DNA of 64,000 nucleotides. It comes from Patescibacteria group bacterium (GTDB lineage: Bacteria > Patescibacteriota > Microgenomatia > UBA1406 > GWC2-37-13). The position numbers and the translations under genes are program-made. Below the pieces are notes generated by a model, which saw only the letters and a list, made by a program, of their open reading frames with translations, was not told the origin of the DNA and ran no database searches. Shown here in pieces: positions 9,045-17,500 of the stretch (position 1 is the stretch's first letter; each line of letters opens with the position of its first letter). The stretch spans positions 689,538 to 753,537 of the forward strand of contig JBAZVQ010000001.1 of NCBI GenBank assembly GCA_041660785.1. The letters are read 5' to 3'.

Positions 9045-11597
9045 ATGGGTGAAAAAATTAACCTAGAGTTATTAAAAGGCTTAAGCTCGACAGATGTTTT
9101 AGAAAGATTTAAGCATGACGGCTATAATGAGATCCCTTCACAAAAACAACAGAGCACTTTAACAATTTTTTTAAACGTTGTCCGAGAGCCGATGTTACTT
9201 CTGCTTTTAGTCAGCGGATCGATCTACTTTTTTCTAGGGGAGACCCAAGATGCAATGATGTTGATGACCTTTGTCTTGGTTGTGGTCGGGATCACGTTTT
9301 ATCAGGAAAGAAAAACAGAACGAGCAGTTGAAGCCTTAAGAAACCTATCCAGCCCACGTGCCCTAGTTATCCGTGACGGAGAGCGGATTCGGATCGCCGG
9401 TCGTGAAGTGGTTATCGATGACTTGGTGATTATAAGAGAAGGGGATAGAATCCCGGCAGACGCGGTCGTTATTGAAGCCAGTAATTTATTAGTTGATGAG
9501 TCTTTGTTAACAGGCGAGTCGGTTGCGGTTCGCAAATCCGTTTGGGATTATAAAACAAAACTAAATCATCCGGGAGGAGAAGATTTACCTTTCATTTTTT
9601 CTGGAACGATGGTTACCCAGGGTCATGGAATAGCCAAGGTGTTGTCGGTTGGGGCTAAGACGGAAATGGGGAAAATCGGCAAATCGCTTTCAATCATCGA
9701 AGAAGAAGACTCGCTTCTTAAAAAGGAAACAGGCTTAATTGTTCGTAATTTTGCTATCGCTGGACTTTTTCTTTGTTTGATCGTTATTGTCGTTTACGGA
9801 TCAACCCGGGGTGATTGGTTACAAGGATTTTTGGCTGGGTTAACTTTGAGTATGGCGATGTTACCGGAAGAATTTTCCGTGGTCCTTTTGATTTTTCTAA
9901 CTCTTGGAGCCTGGAGAATTTCCAAGAGACAGGTTTTAACAAGAAGGACCGCGGCGATCGAGACGTTAGGAGCAGCGACAGTTTTGTGTGTTGATAAAAC
10001 AGGAACCTTAACTTTAAACAGACAAACTCTTCATGGATTTATGGCAGGCAATCAATATCTGGAAATTTCCGAAAATTTCAAAGTACTACCGGAAAAATAC
10101 CACAGGCTTTTTGAATACGGAATACTCTCCAGCCAAAGAGATCCGTTTGACCCACTGGAAAAAGAAATAAAAAATAAGGGTGAGGAGTATTTAAAAGGGT
10201 CAGAACATATTCATGAAAATTGGCATTTAGTTAAAGAATATCCATTATCAAAAGAACTATTAGCTCTTTCGCACGTCTTTCAATCGCCAGATAATAAAGA
10301 TTATGTTATTGCTGCCAAAGGTGCCCCTGAAGCGATTGCCGATCTCTGTCATTTTTCAAAAAAACAACATAACGATCTAATTAAAAATATTAAATTAATG
10401 TCTGGTAAAGGTTTAAGAGTTATTGGCGTTGCTAAAGCTTTATTTAATAAAAAGGACCTACCAAATATTCAACATGACTTTCCTTTTGAATTTGTTGGAC
10501 TACTTGGGTTTGTTGATCCAATAAGAGCAGCCGTTCCTCAATCAGTCAAAGAATGTTACCAGGCCGGTATCAGGGTGATTATGATCACCGGCGACTATCC
10601 GGGAACAGCTCAATACATTGCCAGTCGAATAGGTTTAAAAAATCAAGGCAAATTTATTACCGGTATGGAACTCCAAAAAATGGATGAAAAGAACTTGAGG
10701 GAAAAAATAAAAACTATCAACATTTTTGCCCGGGTTGTTCCAGAGCAAAAATTATTAATTGTCAACGCATTAAAATCTAATGGTGAAATTGTGGCGATGA
10801 CCGGGGATGGGGTTAACGATGCTCCGGCGTTAAAGTCGGCTCATATTGGGATTGCAATGGGGGAACGGGGAACCGATGTTGCCCGAGAAACAGCCGACCT
10901 AATTTTATTAAATGATGACTTTTCTTCAATTGTTCAAGCGATCCGTCTTGGCCGCCGTATTTTTGATAATTTAAAAAAAGCCATGGCCTACATTTTTGCT
11001 GTTCATATTCCAATAGCTGGAATGTCGCTTTTACCAATACTTTTTAAATTGCCGATAGTTTTGTATCCTGCCCATATCGCTTTTTTGGAATTGATCATCG
11101 ATCCATCCTGTTCAATCGTTTTTGAATCAGAGAGGGAAGAAAAAGATGTGATGAACCGACCACCTAGGAATCTTAGATCCCCACTTTTTGGTCGGGAAAC
11201 TTTTTTTACCAGTTTAACACAAGGTTTTAGTATTTTAGCAGTTGTCTTTATTGTCTTTTTGTTATCGATAAATAAAGGAGCCAATCACGACCAAGCCAGA
11301 TCTTTAGCCTTCATTAGTTTAGTGTTAACCAATTTACTTTTGATTGTTACCAATTTATCTCAGTCCAATCATTTTATTGACATTCTTAAGGAGAAAAATA
11401 AGGCTTTATATTGGGTACTTGGATCAACTTTTATATTTTTGATCCTTGTTTTTTACATTCCATTTTTCCGAAATCTTTTTCATTTTACCAATCTTCATTT
11501 TAATGATGTGTTTATGGCGGCAGGAATCGCTTTGGTTAGTTTGATCTGGTTTGAAGGAATAAAAAAGATAAAGATGAAAGCGAATTACCAAAAGTAA
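9045..11597 (+). CDS. P-type cation-transporting ATPase (type II, Ca2+/Mg2+-ATPase-like)
   Basis: TGES actuator motif, phosphorylation site DKTGTLT, hinge TGDGVNDAPAL, multiple TM helices at both ends. Confidence 0.92.
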   Translation: MGEKINLELLKGLSSTDVLERFKHDGYNEIPSQKQQSTLTIFLNVVREPMLLLLLVSGSIYFFLGETQDAMMLMTFVLVVVGITFYQERKTERAVEALRNLSSPRALVIRDGERIRIAGREVVIDDLVIIREGDRIPADAVVIEASNLLVDESLLTGESVAVRKSVWDYKTKLNHPGGEDLPFIFSGTMVTQGHGIAKVLSVGAKTEMGKIGKSLSIIEEEDSLLKKETGLIVRNFAIAGLFLCLIVIVVYGSTRGDWLQGFLAGLTLSMAMLPEEFSVVLLIFLTLGAWRISKRQVLTRRTAAIETLGAATVLCVDKTGTLTLNRQTLHGFMAGNQYLEISENFKVLPEKYHRLFEYGILSSQRDPFDPLEKEIKNKGEEYLKGSEHIHENWHLVKEYPLSKELLALSHVFQSPDNKDYVIAAKGAPEAIADLCHFSKKQHNDLIKNIKLMSGKGLRVIGVAKALFNKKDLPNIQHDFPFEFVGLLGFVDPIRAAVPQSVKECYQAGIRVIMITGDYPGTAQYIASRIGLKNQGKFITGMELQKMDEKNLREKIKTINIFARVVPEQKLLIVNALKSNGEIVAMTGDGVNDAPALKSAHIGIAMGERGTDVARETADLILLNDDFSSIVQAIRLGRRIFDNLKKAMAYIFAVHIPIAGMSLLPILFKLPIVLYPAHIAFLELIIDPSCSIVFESEREEKDVMNRPPRNLRSPLFGRETFFTSLTQGFSILAVVFIVFLLSINKGANHDQARSLAFISLVLTNLLLIVTNLSQSNHFIDILKEKNKALYWVLGSTFIFLILVFYIPFFRNLFHFTNLHFNDVFMAAGIALVSLIWFEGIKKIKMKANYQK

Positions 11598-12602
11598 TTA
11601 CTTTAAATATTTATTAAAAAATTCTACCGAACGGTTCATCGCGATTGAAAATGACGGTTCGGAAATATTATGATCAGCTCCCGGATAGGTATAATATTCA
11701 ACGGTTTTTCCCGCCTGTTTTAATTTATTGAATAGCGATTCCGAAAATGCCGGTGGGACTTCTTCATCATTTAAACCCTGATGCAATTGAATGGGAACGT
11801 TAATATCTTTTACAAAATTTGTCGGATCAATCTGGTTCCAAAATTCCGGATTTGTTTTGGGAGTCCCATATTTTTGGACAAGATTTTGTCGAAAGTTATT
11901 TCTTAAAGCCATTTCTGTTGGTGGAGGTCGATAAGGAACCTTTCGTTGCCAATTATTCATCAGATCGTCATAAGATCCAACCACCCCGCCCCAGATCACG
12001 GCCGCTTTAATCCCGGTTTGATCAACGACTAAATCACGTAAAGTAATATTACCGCCCAATGAATGTCCCCAAAGACCAATTTTATTTTTATCAACTCCAG
12101 GATACTTTTTTATCGAGGCAATCGCATTTAGGTCGTCGATCGCATAAGCTGGTGAATAATAGGCGCCTTCAGGCTTACCCTCGGAAAGCCCATTTCCTCG
12201 ATAGTCTGGTTTAAAAACGATATAACCATTTCTGGAGAAGGCATCGGTGTAGGCGATGTATCTTTCGGTAGTTCGGTAAACATCCGGAGGAATATATCCA
12301 TGATTAAAAACAATAACAGGCCACCCATTTTTTGGAATTGTTCCATCTGGGATAGTTAATAAAGCATAGATCTTTAAACCATCTGATAAATATGAAGTAA
12401 CATATCTCTTATAATTGTTTCCCGATTCTAAAGCTTGTTCGACAATAATATTACTGCCGGGATAAGATCTTTTTCTCATACTTTCGATCGAAAGTTGATT
12501 CTGTATTACGGTAGTGGTTACTGTTGGTATATTTGTACGGCTTGAAATCGATTTCTTTTTCTCACTCAAAAAAATAACAGCTATGTAAATAGCTACTAAC
12601 AA
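11598..12602 (-). CDS. Alpha/beta hydrolase, S9 prolyl-oligopeptidase/dienelactone-hydrolase-like, N-terminally anchored
   Basis: Nucleophile elbow GHSLGG and a late GADHNI His. The start is uncertain: a TTG at 12602, and the hydrophobic N-terminus continues in frame upstream without a canonical start codon. Confidence 0.72.
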   Translation of the reverse strand: MLVAIYIAVIFLSEKKKSISSRTNIPTVTTTVIQNQLSIESMRKRSYPGSNIIVEQALESGNNYKRYVTSYLSDGLKIYALLTIPDGTIPKNGWPVIVFNHGYIPPDVYRTTERYIAYTDAFSRNGYIVFKPDYRGNGLSEGKPEGAYYSPAYAIDDLNAIASIKKYPGVDKNKIGLWGHSLGGNITLRDLVVDQTGIKAAVIWGGVVGSYDDLMNNWQRKVPYRPPPTEMALRNNFRQNLVQKYGTPKTNPEFWNQIDPTNFVKDINVPIQLHQGLNDEEVPPAFSESLFNKLKQAGKTVEYYTYPGADHNISEPSFSIAMNRSVEFFNKYLK

Positions 12603-12628
12603 GCAAATAAAATAAATAAAATATTTTT

Positions 12629-13459
12629 TTATATTTTTTTTGTTTGATAATAATTTTTTCTTAAAAAAACCATATATACGATTGCAATATACAAAATCAT
12701 AATAAATAATTTTACAAAACTAAATTCCCGCTCAATTCCAAAAAAGCTTTTCATCATGTGACCAATGAGACTGCTCTTATGTGGCAAAAAGTTTAGTGGA
12801 AAAGACATAATTTTTGCTAAATCTATGTCAAAACCGTGTTCCAATAATTCTGTTACGCCATTTTGAACTAATGAAGCACCAAGAATTACAATCATATATT
12901 CGGTGTATTTAAATACTTTTTCAATTGAAAATTTTACATAAGCAAAAAAAGTCATTACTCCAACGATTGAAGCGGAAACGAAACCCAACATGAGACCAAT
13001 AAAATTTTGAATAAAAACAACAAAGAGGGAAGTGCTCGCAGTAAAAAGAGCAATTTCAAATCCCTCCCTGATGACTAAAAAGGCAATAGTTGAGAATAAA
13101 GAAAAATCAAAAACTTTTTTCTGTAATTTTTGTTGAACTTTAATTAAAGTACTATTACGACTGCGTTGAATGACATCATGTAAGGAAAAGACAACATAGG
13201 CAATGAACAAACCAGAAAATATCATTAGATAGCTCTCAAGTAGCTCAGCATTTTTTTCGGTTAAGATACCATGAACTTGATTTGCAAAAAAATAAGTTAA
13301 AGTTGTAAGCAAAAGGGAAAAAATAATTCCAATTGTTGCGGCCAAGCCAATTTCGAACTCTTTTTTAAGATTTAATTTTCTTGAAATACCTAAGAATACT
13401 CCAATAATCAAAAACGCCTCTAAAAACTCTCGAAAGGAAACAATAGCTGTGGTAATCAT
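12629..13459 (-). CDS. FTR1/EfeU-family iron permease
   Basis: Two REXXE motifs (REFLEA near the N-terminus, REGFEIA mid-protein) in a polytopic membrane protein. Confidence 0.75.
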   Translation of the reverse strand: MITTAIVSFREFLEAFLIIGVFLGISRKLNLKKEFEIGLAATIGIIFSLLLTTLTYFFANQVHGILTEKNAELLESYLMIFSGLFIAYVVFSLHDVIQRSRNSTLIKVQQKLQKKVFDFSLFSTIAFLVIREGFEIALFTASTSLFVVFIQNFIGLMLGFVSASIVGVMTFFAYVKFSIEKVFKYTEYMIVILGASLVQNGVTELLEHGFDIDLAKIMSFPLNFLPHKSSLIGHMMKSFFGIEREFSFVKLFIMILYIAIVYMVFLRKNYYQTKKI

Positions 13460-13492
13460 AGACTAACTAATACTAATTCAGTAATAGTAATA

Positions 13493-13762
13493 TTATAGCG
13501 GATTATTTTTTTTAACCAAGGTCTCTTTTTTTTCTTTTGTTAATTTCTTGATCTCAAACTCTCTCTTTAAAACTTCGTTAATAGTTTTATACTTTTCAAA
13601 ATAAACCAATTTCACCGGACGTCGAGCACGCGTATATTTGGATTTTGAATCGTCGCTATTATGTTCTTTTATTCGTCGTTGGAGATCTTTTGTTTGTCCA
13701 CAGTAAAGCGAGTTATCCGAACAGCGAAGAAGATAGAGATAGTACATATGGATTATAGACAA
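13493..13762 (-). CDS. Stand-alone GIY-YIG nuclease-superfamily protein (UPF0213-like)
   Basis: YYLYLLRCSDNSLYCGQT...RRIKEHN matches the GIY...YIG...R...E core. Start codon abuts the stop of the upstream b5 gene. Confidence 0.85.
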   Translation of the reverse strand: MSIIHMYYLYLLRCSDNSLYCGQTKDLQRRIKEHNSDDSKSKYTRARRPVKLVYFEKYKTINEVLKREFEIKKLTKEKKETLVKKNNPL

Positions 13763-14212
13763 TTATTGTATCAGATATTGTTGCAGCATTGCTTTAGCTG
13801 ATGCCGAATGATCCGCTGGAATCATTGCATCCTTTGTATGAAAACCGTTTGAAGCATCAGTTCCACAATATTTCAAAAGAGTTCCATCGCCTCCCGGATG
13901 TGAGCCGAAAAATGATGTTATGTCGTAAAGTTGGCCGTCAATAATAAACCAACATGAACTTCGGCTATTGTGTTGTGAAAGTTGAGAAGATAAATCGGGG
14001 GGGGAAGTTGGGGTTGGGTCAGTAGTGGTTTTGTCAGTGGTAGAGACGCCCAAATTGGGCGTCTGTACTTCAAGATTTAATATCGGATCAATTACATTTT
14101 TTGTTATGGCCTTTGAGGGGGAAATCTGTTTATTCAGAAAAAATAAAGTAATGAAAAAAAATACAAAATCTATTATGGCCATCCGAGATAAAGTGCGGAG
14201 ATATTTTTTCAT
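13763..14212 (-). CDS. Membrane-anchored cytochrome b5-like heme-binding protein
   Basis: N-terminal TM and Thr/Pro linker. b5 core is CWFIIDGQLYDITSFFGSHPGG...CGTDASNGFH, with HPGG and a second His. ATGA overlap with the NOX-like gene. Confidence 0.75.
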   Translation of the reverse strand: MKKYLRTLSRMAIIDFVFFFITLFFLNKQISPSKAITKNVIDPILNLEVQTPNLGVSTTDKTTTDPTPTSPPDLSSQLSQHNSRSSCWFIIDGQLYDITSFFGSHPGGDGTLLKYCGTDASNGFHTKDAMIPADHSASAKAMLQQYLIQ

Positions 14213-15501
14213 AATCCTGTTGAAAATTCTTCATTGTAGAATTTTTCTTCCGGTAGACCCAACTCTACGAATTGTTTTTTAAAACTTTCCATCATTACCG
14301 GTGGTCCACAACACAAAATTGAATTTATATTATCGATATCTTCCAGTCCAATGATTTTTTTGGCCGTTAATCTCCGATTTTCTTCGGTACACCATTTAAC
14401 AAAAGTGATATTGGGAGTATTTTGGACCAACTGTTCGATTTCACTATTAAAAACGCCTTCTTCTGGGGTTCGGTAGCAATAATATACTTTTGTTGAAGTG
14501 CAATCTTTACAATATGACTCGCTTCGAATCATGCTCAAAAAAGGCGTGATTCCAATCCCTCCCCCAATCCAAATGCTTTTTTCTTTATTAATATTTTGTC
14601 CAAATGATCCATATGGACCAAACAGATAGGTTCGATCTCCCCTTTTTAAATTAGGAAGCTTGAGAGTATAGTCTCCAGTGATCTTTATTGTTAAGCGAAT
14701 CAGGGGGTCAGATGGAGCTGAAGAAAGAGAAAAAGGGTGAGGTTCTGTTCCAACGACTTGATTATTAAAGCGGGCATAGACAAATTGGCCTGGAATAAAA
14801 TTAATTATTTTTTTACCCAAAGGTCTTAAATATATATTTATAATATCTAAAGATCTTTCAATTTTATCAATTTCATACGAAAATTTAGGACCCAAGTGTT
14901 GATAAAAAAATATCGTATACAACGCTGACAATAATCCAATTCCAATCATAAATCCAATCCAAATCTTGAGTGGCGGATAGGCAGAAACGTCACTGACAAT
15001 AATCAGAGAATGAACCGCTCCTAATAAAAAGGCCAACCCAAGGGACTGATGGGTAATTTTCCATATATGATAAGGAAGTTTGATAAAGACCATAAAAACA
15101 AACGAAAGAATCATGACGTAAATTCCGAAAATTCCAAGATTATAAGCAAGGTCAACCCCTGGATACAAATATAATGAGGCAACTTTTAAATTCGGTAATG
15201 ATTGAACAATAAATAACAAAGGATGATTAATAAGAAAGATAAAACTTACGGCTCCAAGAATATGATGTGTCGAATATACCTTATCCATTCCTCCAAATAA
15301 TTCTTCCATTTTTTTTATCCGCGTCGTCATAATCAAAGTCATTGACATCAAAACAATTCCTAGCAACCCAAAAATTTGTCCAAGCGATCGATATGGCTGT
15401 TGAAAAACTATTTTAAAATCAGTTTTCGATAAAAGCCACAAATTGATGGTTAGTAAAAGTGGAAAAAGGATAGCGATGATCGACCTGACATATTTATTCA
15501 T
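14209..15501 (-). CDS. NOX/FRE-family flavocytochrome (ferric-reductase TM domain + FAD + NAD(P)H domains)
   Basis: Paired His in TM helices (STHHILG..INH and ITHQSLG..AVH), FAD motif HPFSLSS, NAD(P)H motif GGGIGITP, C-terminal CGPP. Confidence 0.85.
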   Translation of the reverse strand: MNKYVRSIIAILFPLLLTINLWLLSKTDFKIVFQQPYRSLGQIFGLLGIVLMSMTLIMTTRIKKMEELFGGMDKVYSTHHILGAVSFIFLINHPLLFIVQSLPNLKVASLYLYPGVDLAYNLGIFGIYVMILSFVFMVFIKLPYHIWKITHQSLGLAFLLGAVHSLIIVSDVSAYPPLKIWIGFMIGIGLLSALYTIFFYQHLGPKFSYEIDKIERSLDIINIYLRPLGKKIINFIPGQFVYARFNNQVVGTEPHPFSLSSAPSDPLIRLTIKITGDYTLKLPNLKRGDRTYLFGPYGSFGQNINKEKSIWIGGGIGITPFLSMIRSESYCKDCTSTKVYYCYRTPEEGVFNSEIEQLVQNTPNITFVKWCTEENRRLTAKKIIGLEDIDNINSILCCGPPVMMESFKKQFVELGLPEEKFYNEEFSTGL

Positions 15502-16246
15502 CTATTTCAAAGAATGAATTTGAATTAAACTCGGTTTCTTGTTGTGTTCGATGTTCTCTAATTTCGCTTTCATCGCGATCGTCGTCAATGTTACTGTCAT
15601 CATCATCGTCATTAGACCCGGATCCAAATCGTGCTCCTTCGGTGCTTCCTGTTCCGGTTGTGGCCGTACTACCTGTAATTCTAGTACTTCCCGTGGCCGT
15701 GGACCCGGTTCTTGTTCCATTACTATACGCCGTTCCCGTTGACGCAACTAAATATTTTTGCATTCTGCTAACATCGGCGCCATGTCTGGTTTGATAAGTA
15801 CTGGTCATATCAGAATTACAGGTAAAAATATTTCCTCCGGAATGAGTTGTTTGAAGTGAAAAAACATCGTATTCTTTGCCAAATAATGTAATAAGACACG
15901 AATTACTATTTTGAGCCACGTTATTATTGACTGCTGGAGCCAAGGTCGGAGATATCATTGCAATTATTTTTTTGGCGATATTACCTGCTGGACTAGGAAT
16001 ACTATTGGTTAATTTAGTTCCACCTGCGCTATTTGTCTTCGCGATGGATATTGTTTTTTTTGTCTTATCAGTATTGTCAACCGCCTGAACACCTCTTACC
16101 TCGGGAACACTAGGTTTAAAAGAATTCATACTTCCTAATAACTTAGCCGTTCCGGCTGCAGAAGTTGTTACTGTTATCCCGGTTAATACCGTTACCACGA
16201 TCGCCGAAACAATATTTTTTGAAATATATTCGATTATGTTTTTCAT
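15494..16246 (-). CDS. Membrane-anchored divergent b5-like protein with Gly/Ser/Thr linker and poly-acidic tail
   Basis: Core CLITLFGKEYDVFSLQTTHSGGNIFTCNSDMTSTYQTRHG is a paralog of the core of 16828-17418. Tail is GSNDDDDDSNIDDDRDESE. Confidence 0.55.
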   Translation of the reverse strand: MKNIIEYISKNIVSAIVVTVLTGITVTTSAAGTAKLLGSMNSFKPSVPEVRGVQAVDNTDKTKKTISIAKTNSAGGTKLTNSIPSPAGNIAKKIIAMISPTLAPAVNNNVAQNSNSCLITLFGKEYDVFSLQTTHSGGNIFTCNSDMTSTYQTRHGADVSRMQKYLVASTGTAYSNGTRTGSTATGSTRITGSTATTGTGSTEGARFGSGSNDDDDDSNIDDDRDESEIREHRTQQETEFNSNSFFEIDE

Positions 16247-16327
16247 AGGAAATAAATTAAAAAAATAATAATAAATACATAGAGACTGTTTAAAGAATCT
16301 ATCATATTAATTGCAGTCTAATATATT

Positions 16328-16350
16328 AGACATTAACAACAGATTAAGAA
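16328..16350 (-). promoter_or_regulatory. b5-cluster direct-repeat box, copy C
   Basis: Coding-strand TTCTTAATCTGTTGTTAATGTCT, 82-104 nt upstream of ATG 16246. Confidence 0.4.
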
Positions 16351-16355
16351 AATCA

Positions 16356-16727
16356 TTAGTTGTTAATAACTGATAATTTCCCAACAATAGGATATTTTCG
16401 TTTAATGATATCTCCACCAACCAAATGAAGTTCAATACTCGAATCTTTTCCGGCCAGATAATGGTATGGACCTCCAACCTTATAAAACTCTTTTCCTTTT
16501 GTAACGTCATAAATATTTCCATCAAGAGACAAGTAAATCGGAAGCTTTGGTTCGGTTCCGTTAAAACGGCCGAGCTCTTGAAGAGTAAATATTTTTAAAT
16601 TTTGTTTACTATCAATATTTTTGAGAGATGCTGCTTTTGGATTTAATTCCACCACTTGAAAATATATAAATCCAAAAATTATCCCGGTCATGATTGCCAC
16701 CAATAGGAAATATATTTTTGTTTTCAT
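16356..16727 (-). CDS. MAPR-type (PGRMC-like) cytochrome b5 heme/steroid-binding domain protein with N-terminal TM
   Basis: FTLQELGRFNGTEPKLPIYLSLDGNIYDVTKGKEFYKVGGPYHYLAGKDSS parallels the eukaryotic MAPR core (F..EL..FDG....I..A..G.V.DVT.G..FYG..GPY..FAG.DAS). It lacks the b5 HPGG histidines. Confidence 0.75.
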   Translation of the reverse strand: MKTKIYFLLVAIMTGIIFGFIYFQVVELNPKAASLKNIDSKQNLKIFTLQELGRFNGTEPKLPIYLSLDGNIYDVTKGKEFYKVGGPYHYLAGKDSSIELHLVGGDIIKRKYPIVGKLSVINN

Positions 16728-16747
16728 ATAAAAAATTTAGCAAAAAT

Positions 16748-16769
16748 AAGATTAAGAGAGGATTAAGAA
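16748..16769 (-). promoter_or_regulatory. b5-cluster direct-repeat box, copy A
   Basis: Coding-strand TTCTTAATCCTCTCTTAATCTT (TCTTAAT twice, 11-nt phase), then 5 nt, TGC, TAAATT and 6 nt before ATG 16727. Confidence 0.5.
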
Positions 16770-16777
16770 GCAAATAT

Positions 16778-16810
16778 AAAAAAAGCCAAGAGTCTCATAA
16801 ACTCTTGGCT
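16778..16810 (-). terminator. Rho-independent terminator of gene 16828-17418
   Basis: Minus strand reads AGCCAAGAGT-TTATGAG-ACTCTTGGCT followed by TTTTTTT. Confidence 0.75.
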
Positions 16811-16827
16811 TATCAATTATCACTAAT

Positions 16828-17418
16828 TTAGTCATCGTGTTCTGAGACTATATCGTCATTTATCTCGACATGGGCTCTTTGATTAATATGACTATCATTT
16901 CGTGTCTCGTCGCTTGTTTCTTTTTCATGAATTTCAGCTTTTTCATGAATCTCCACTTGAACATTTTCATGAATTTCTTCTGGGCTTTCATTTATGTCAT
17001 CAGAATCATGATCTACCTCATCAGAATCATGGTCGTTATTTACGGGAGGTGTTGGGCTGATAGATGGTGTAACGCTAGGATTAACAGTCGGCGTGGGCGT
17101 TGGTGTGTTAGTCGGAACAGTTGTTGGCGTTGGCGTTGCCGCAACTATGTACGGGGCTATTCTTGACACATCAGTCCCATGTTGGGATTGATAGACAGCT
17201 GTCATATCCATGCCACAAACAAAAACATTTCCTCCAGTATGGTTTGTTTGAAGTGAAGTAACATCATACTGTATGCCAAAAATTGTAACAATGCAAGGAG
17301 TCGCTGCTTCAGTAGTTTTTATACCACCGGCAGAAGTCCACGCAACAAATCCTAAAATTAATACCGCTCCCAAACCAACAAACACTTTTCTTATTACCGA
17401 CGGAAAAACATTTTTCAT
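16828..17418 (-). CDS. Membrane-anchored divergent b5-like protein with Pro/Thr linker and His/Asp/Glu-rich tail
   Basis: Core CIVTIFGIQYDVTSLQTNHTGGNVFVCGMDMTAVYQSQHG. Tail is DHDSDEVDHDSDD...EEIHENVQVEIHEKAEIHEKE. Confidence 0.55.
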   Translation of the reverse strand: MKNVFPSVIRKVFVGLGAVLILGFVAWTSAGGIKTTEAATPCIVTIFGIQYDVTSLQTNHTGGNVFVCGMDMTAVYQSQHGTDVSRIAPYIVAATPTPTTVPTNTPTPTPTVNPSVTPSISPTPPVNNDHDSDEVDHDSDDINESPEEIHENVQVEIHEKAEIHEKETSDETRNDSHINQRAHVEINDDIVSEHDD

Positions 17419-17460
17419 ATGAATTTATTTAATTAATAACAAACCGATGGTAGCACTTAG

Positions 17461-17482
17461 AAGATTAAGAGTGGGTTAAGAA
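17461..17482 (-). promoter_or_regulatory. b5-cluster direct-repeat box, copy B
   Basis: Coding-strand TTCTTAACCCACTCTTAATCTT, then 5 nt, TGC, TACCAT. This is the same geometry as copy A. Confidence 0.5.
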
Positions 17483-17500
17483 CGGGTCTTTTTAAAAATA

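Noticed and set aside
16307-16525. ORF 16307-16525 overlapping the 3' half of the MAPR-like gene in another frame.
   Set aside because: The MAPR frame carries the conserved domain throughout, and the alternative frame gives an unstructured product.
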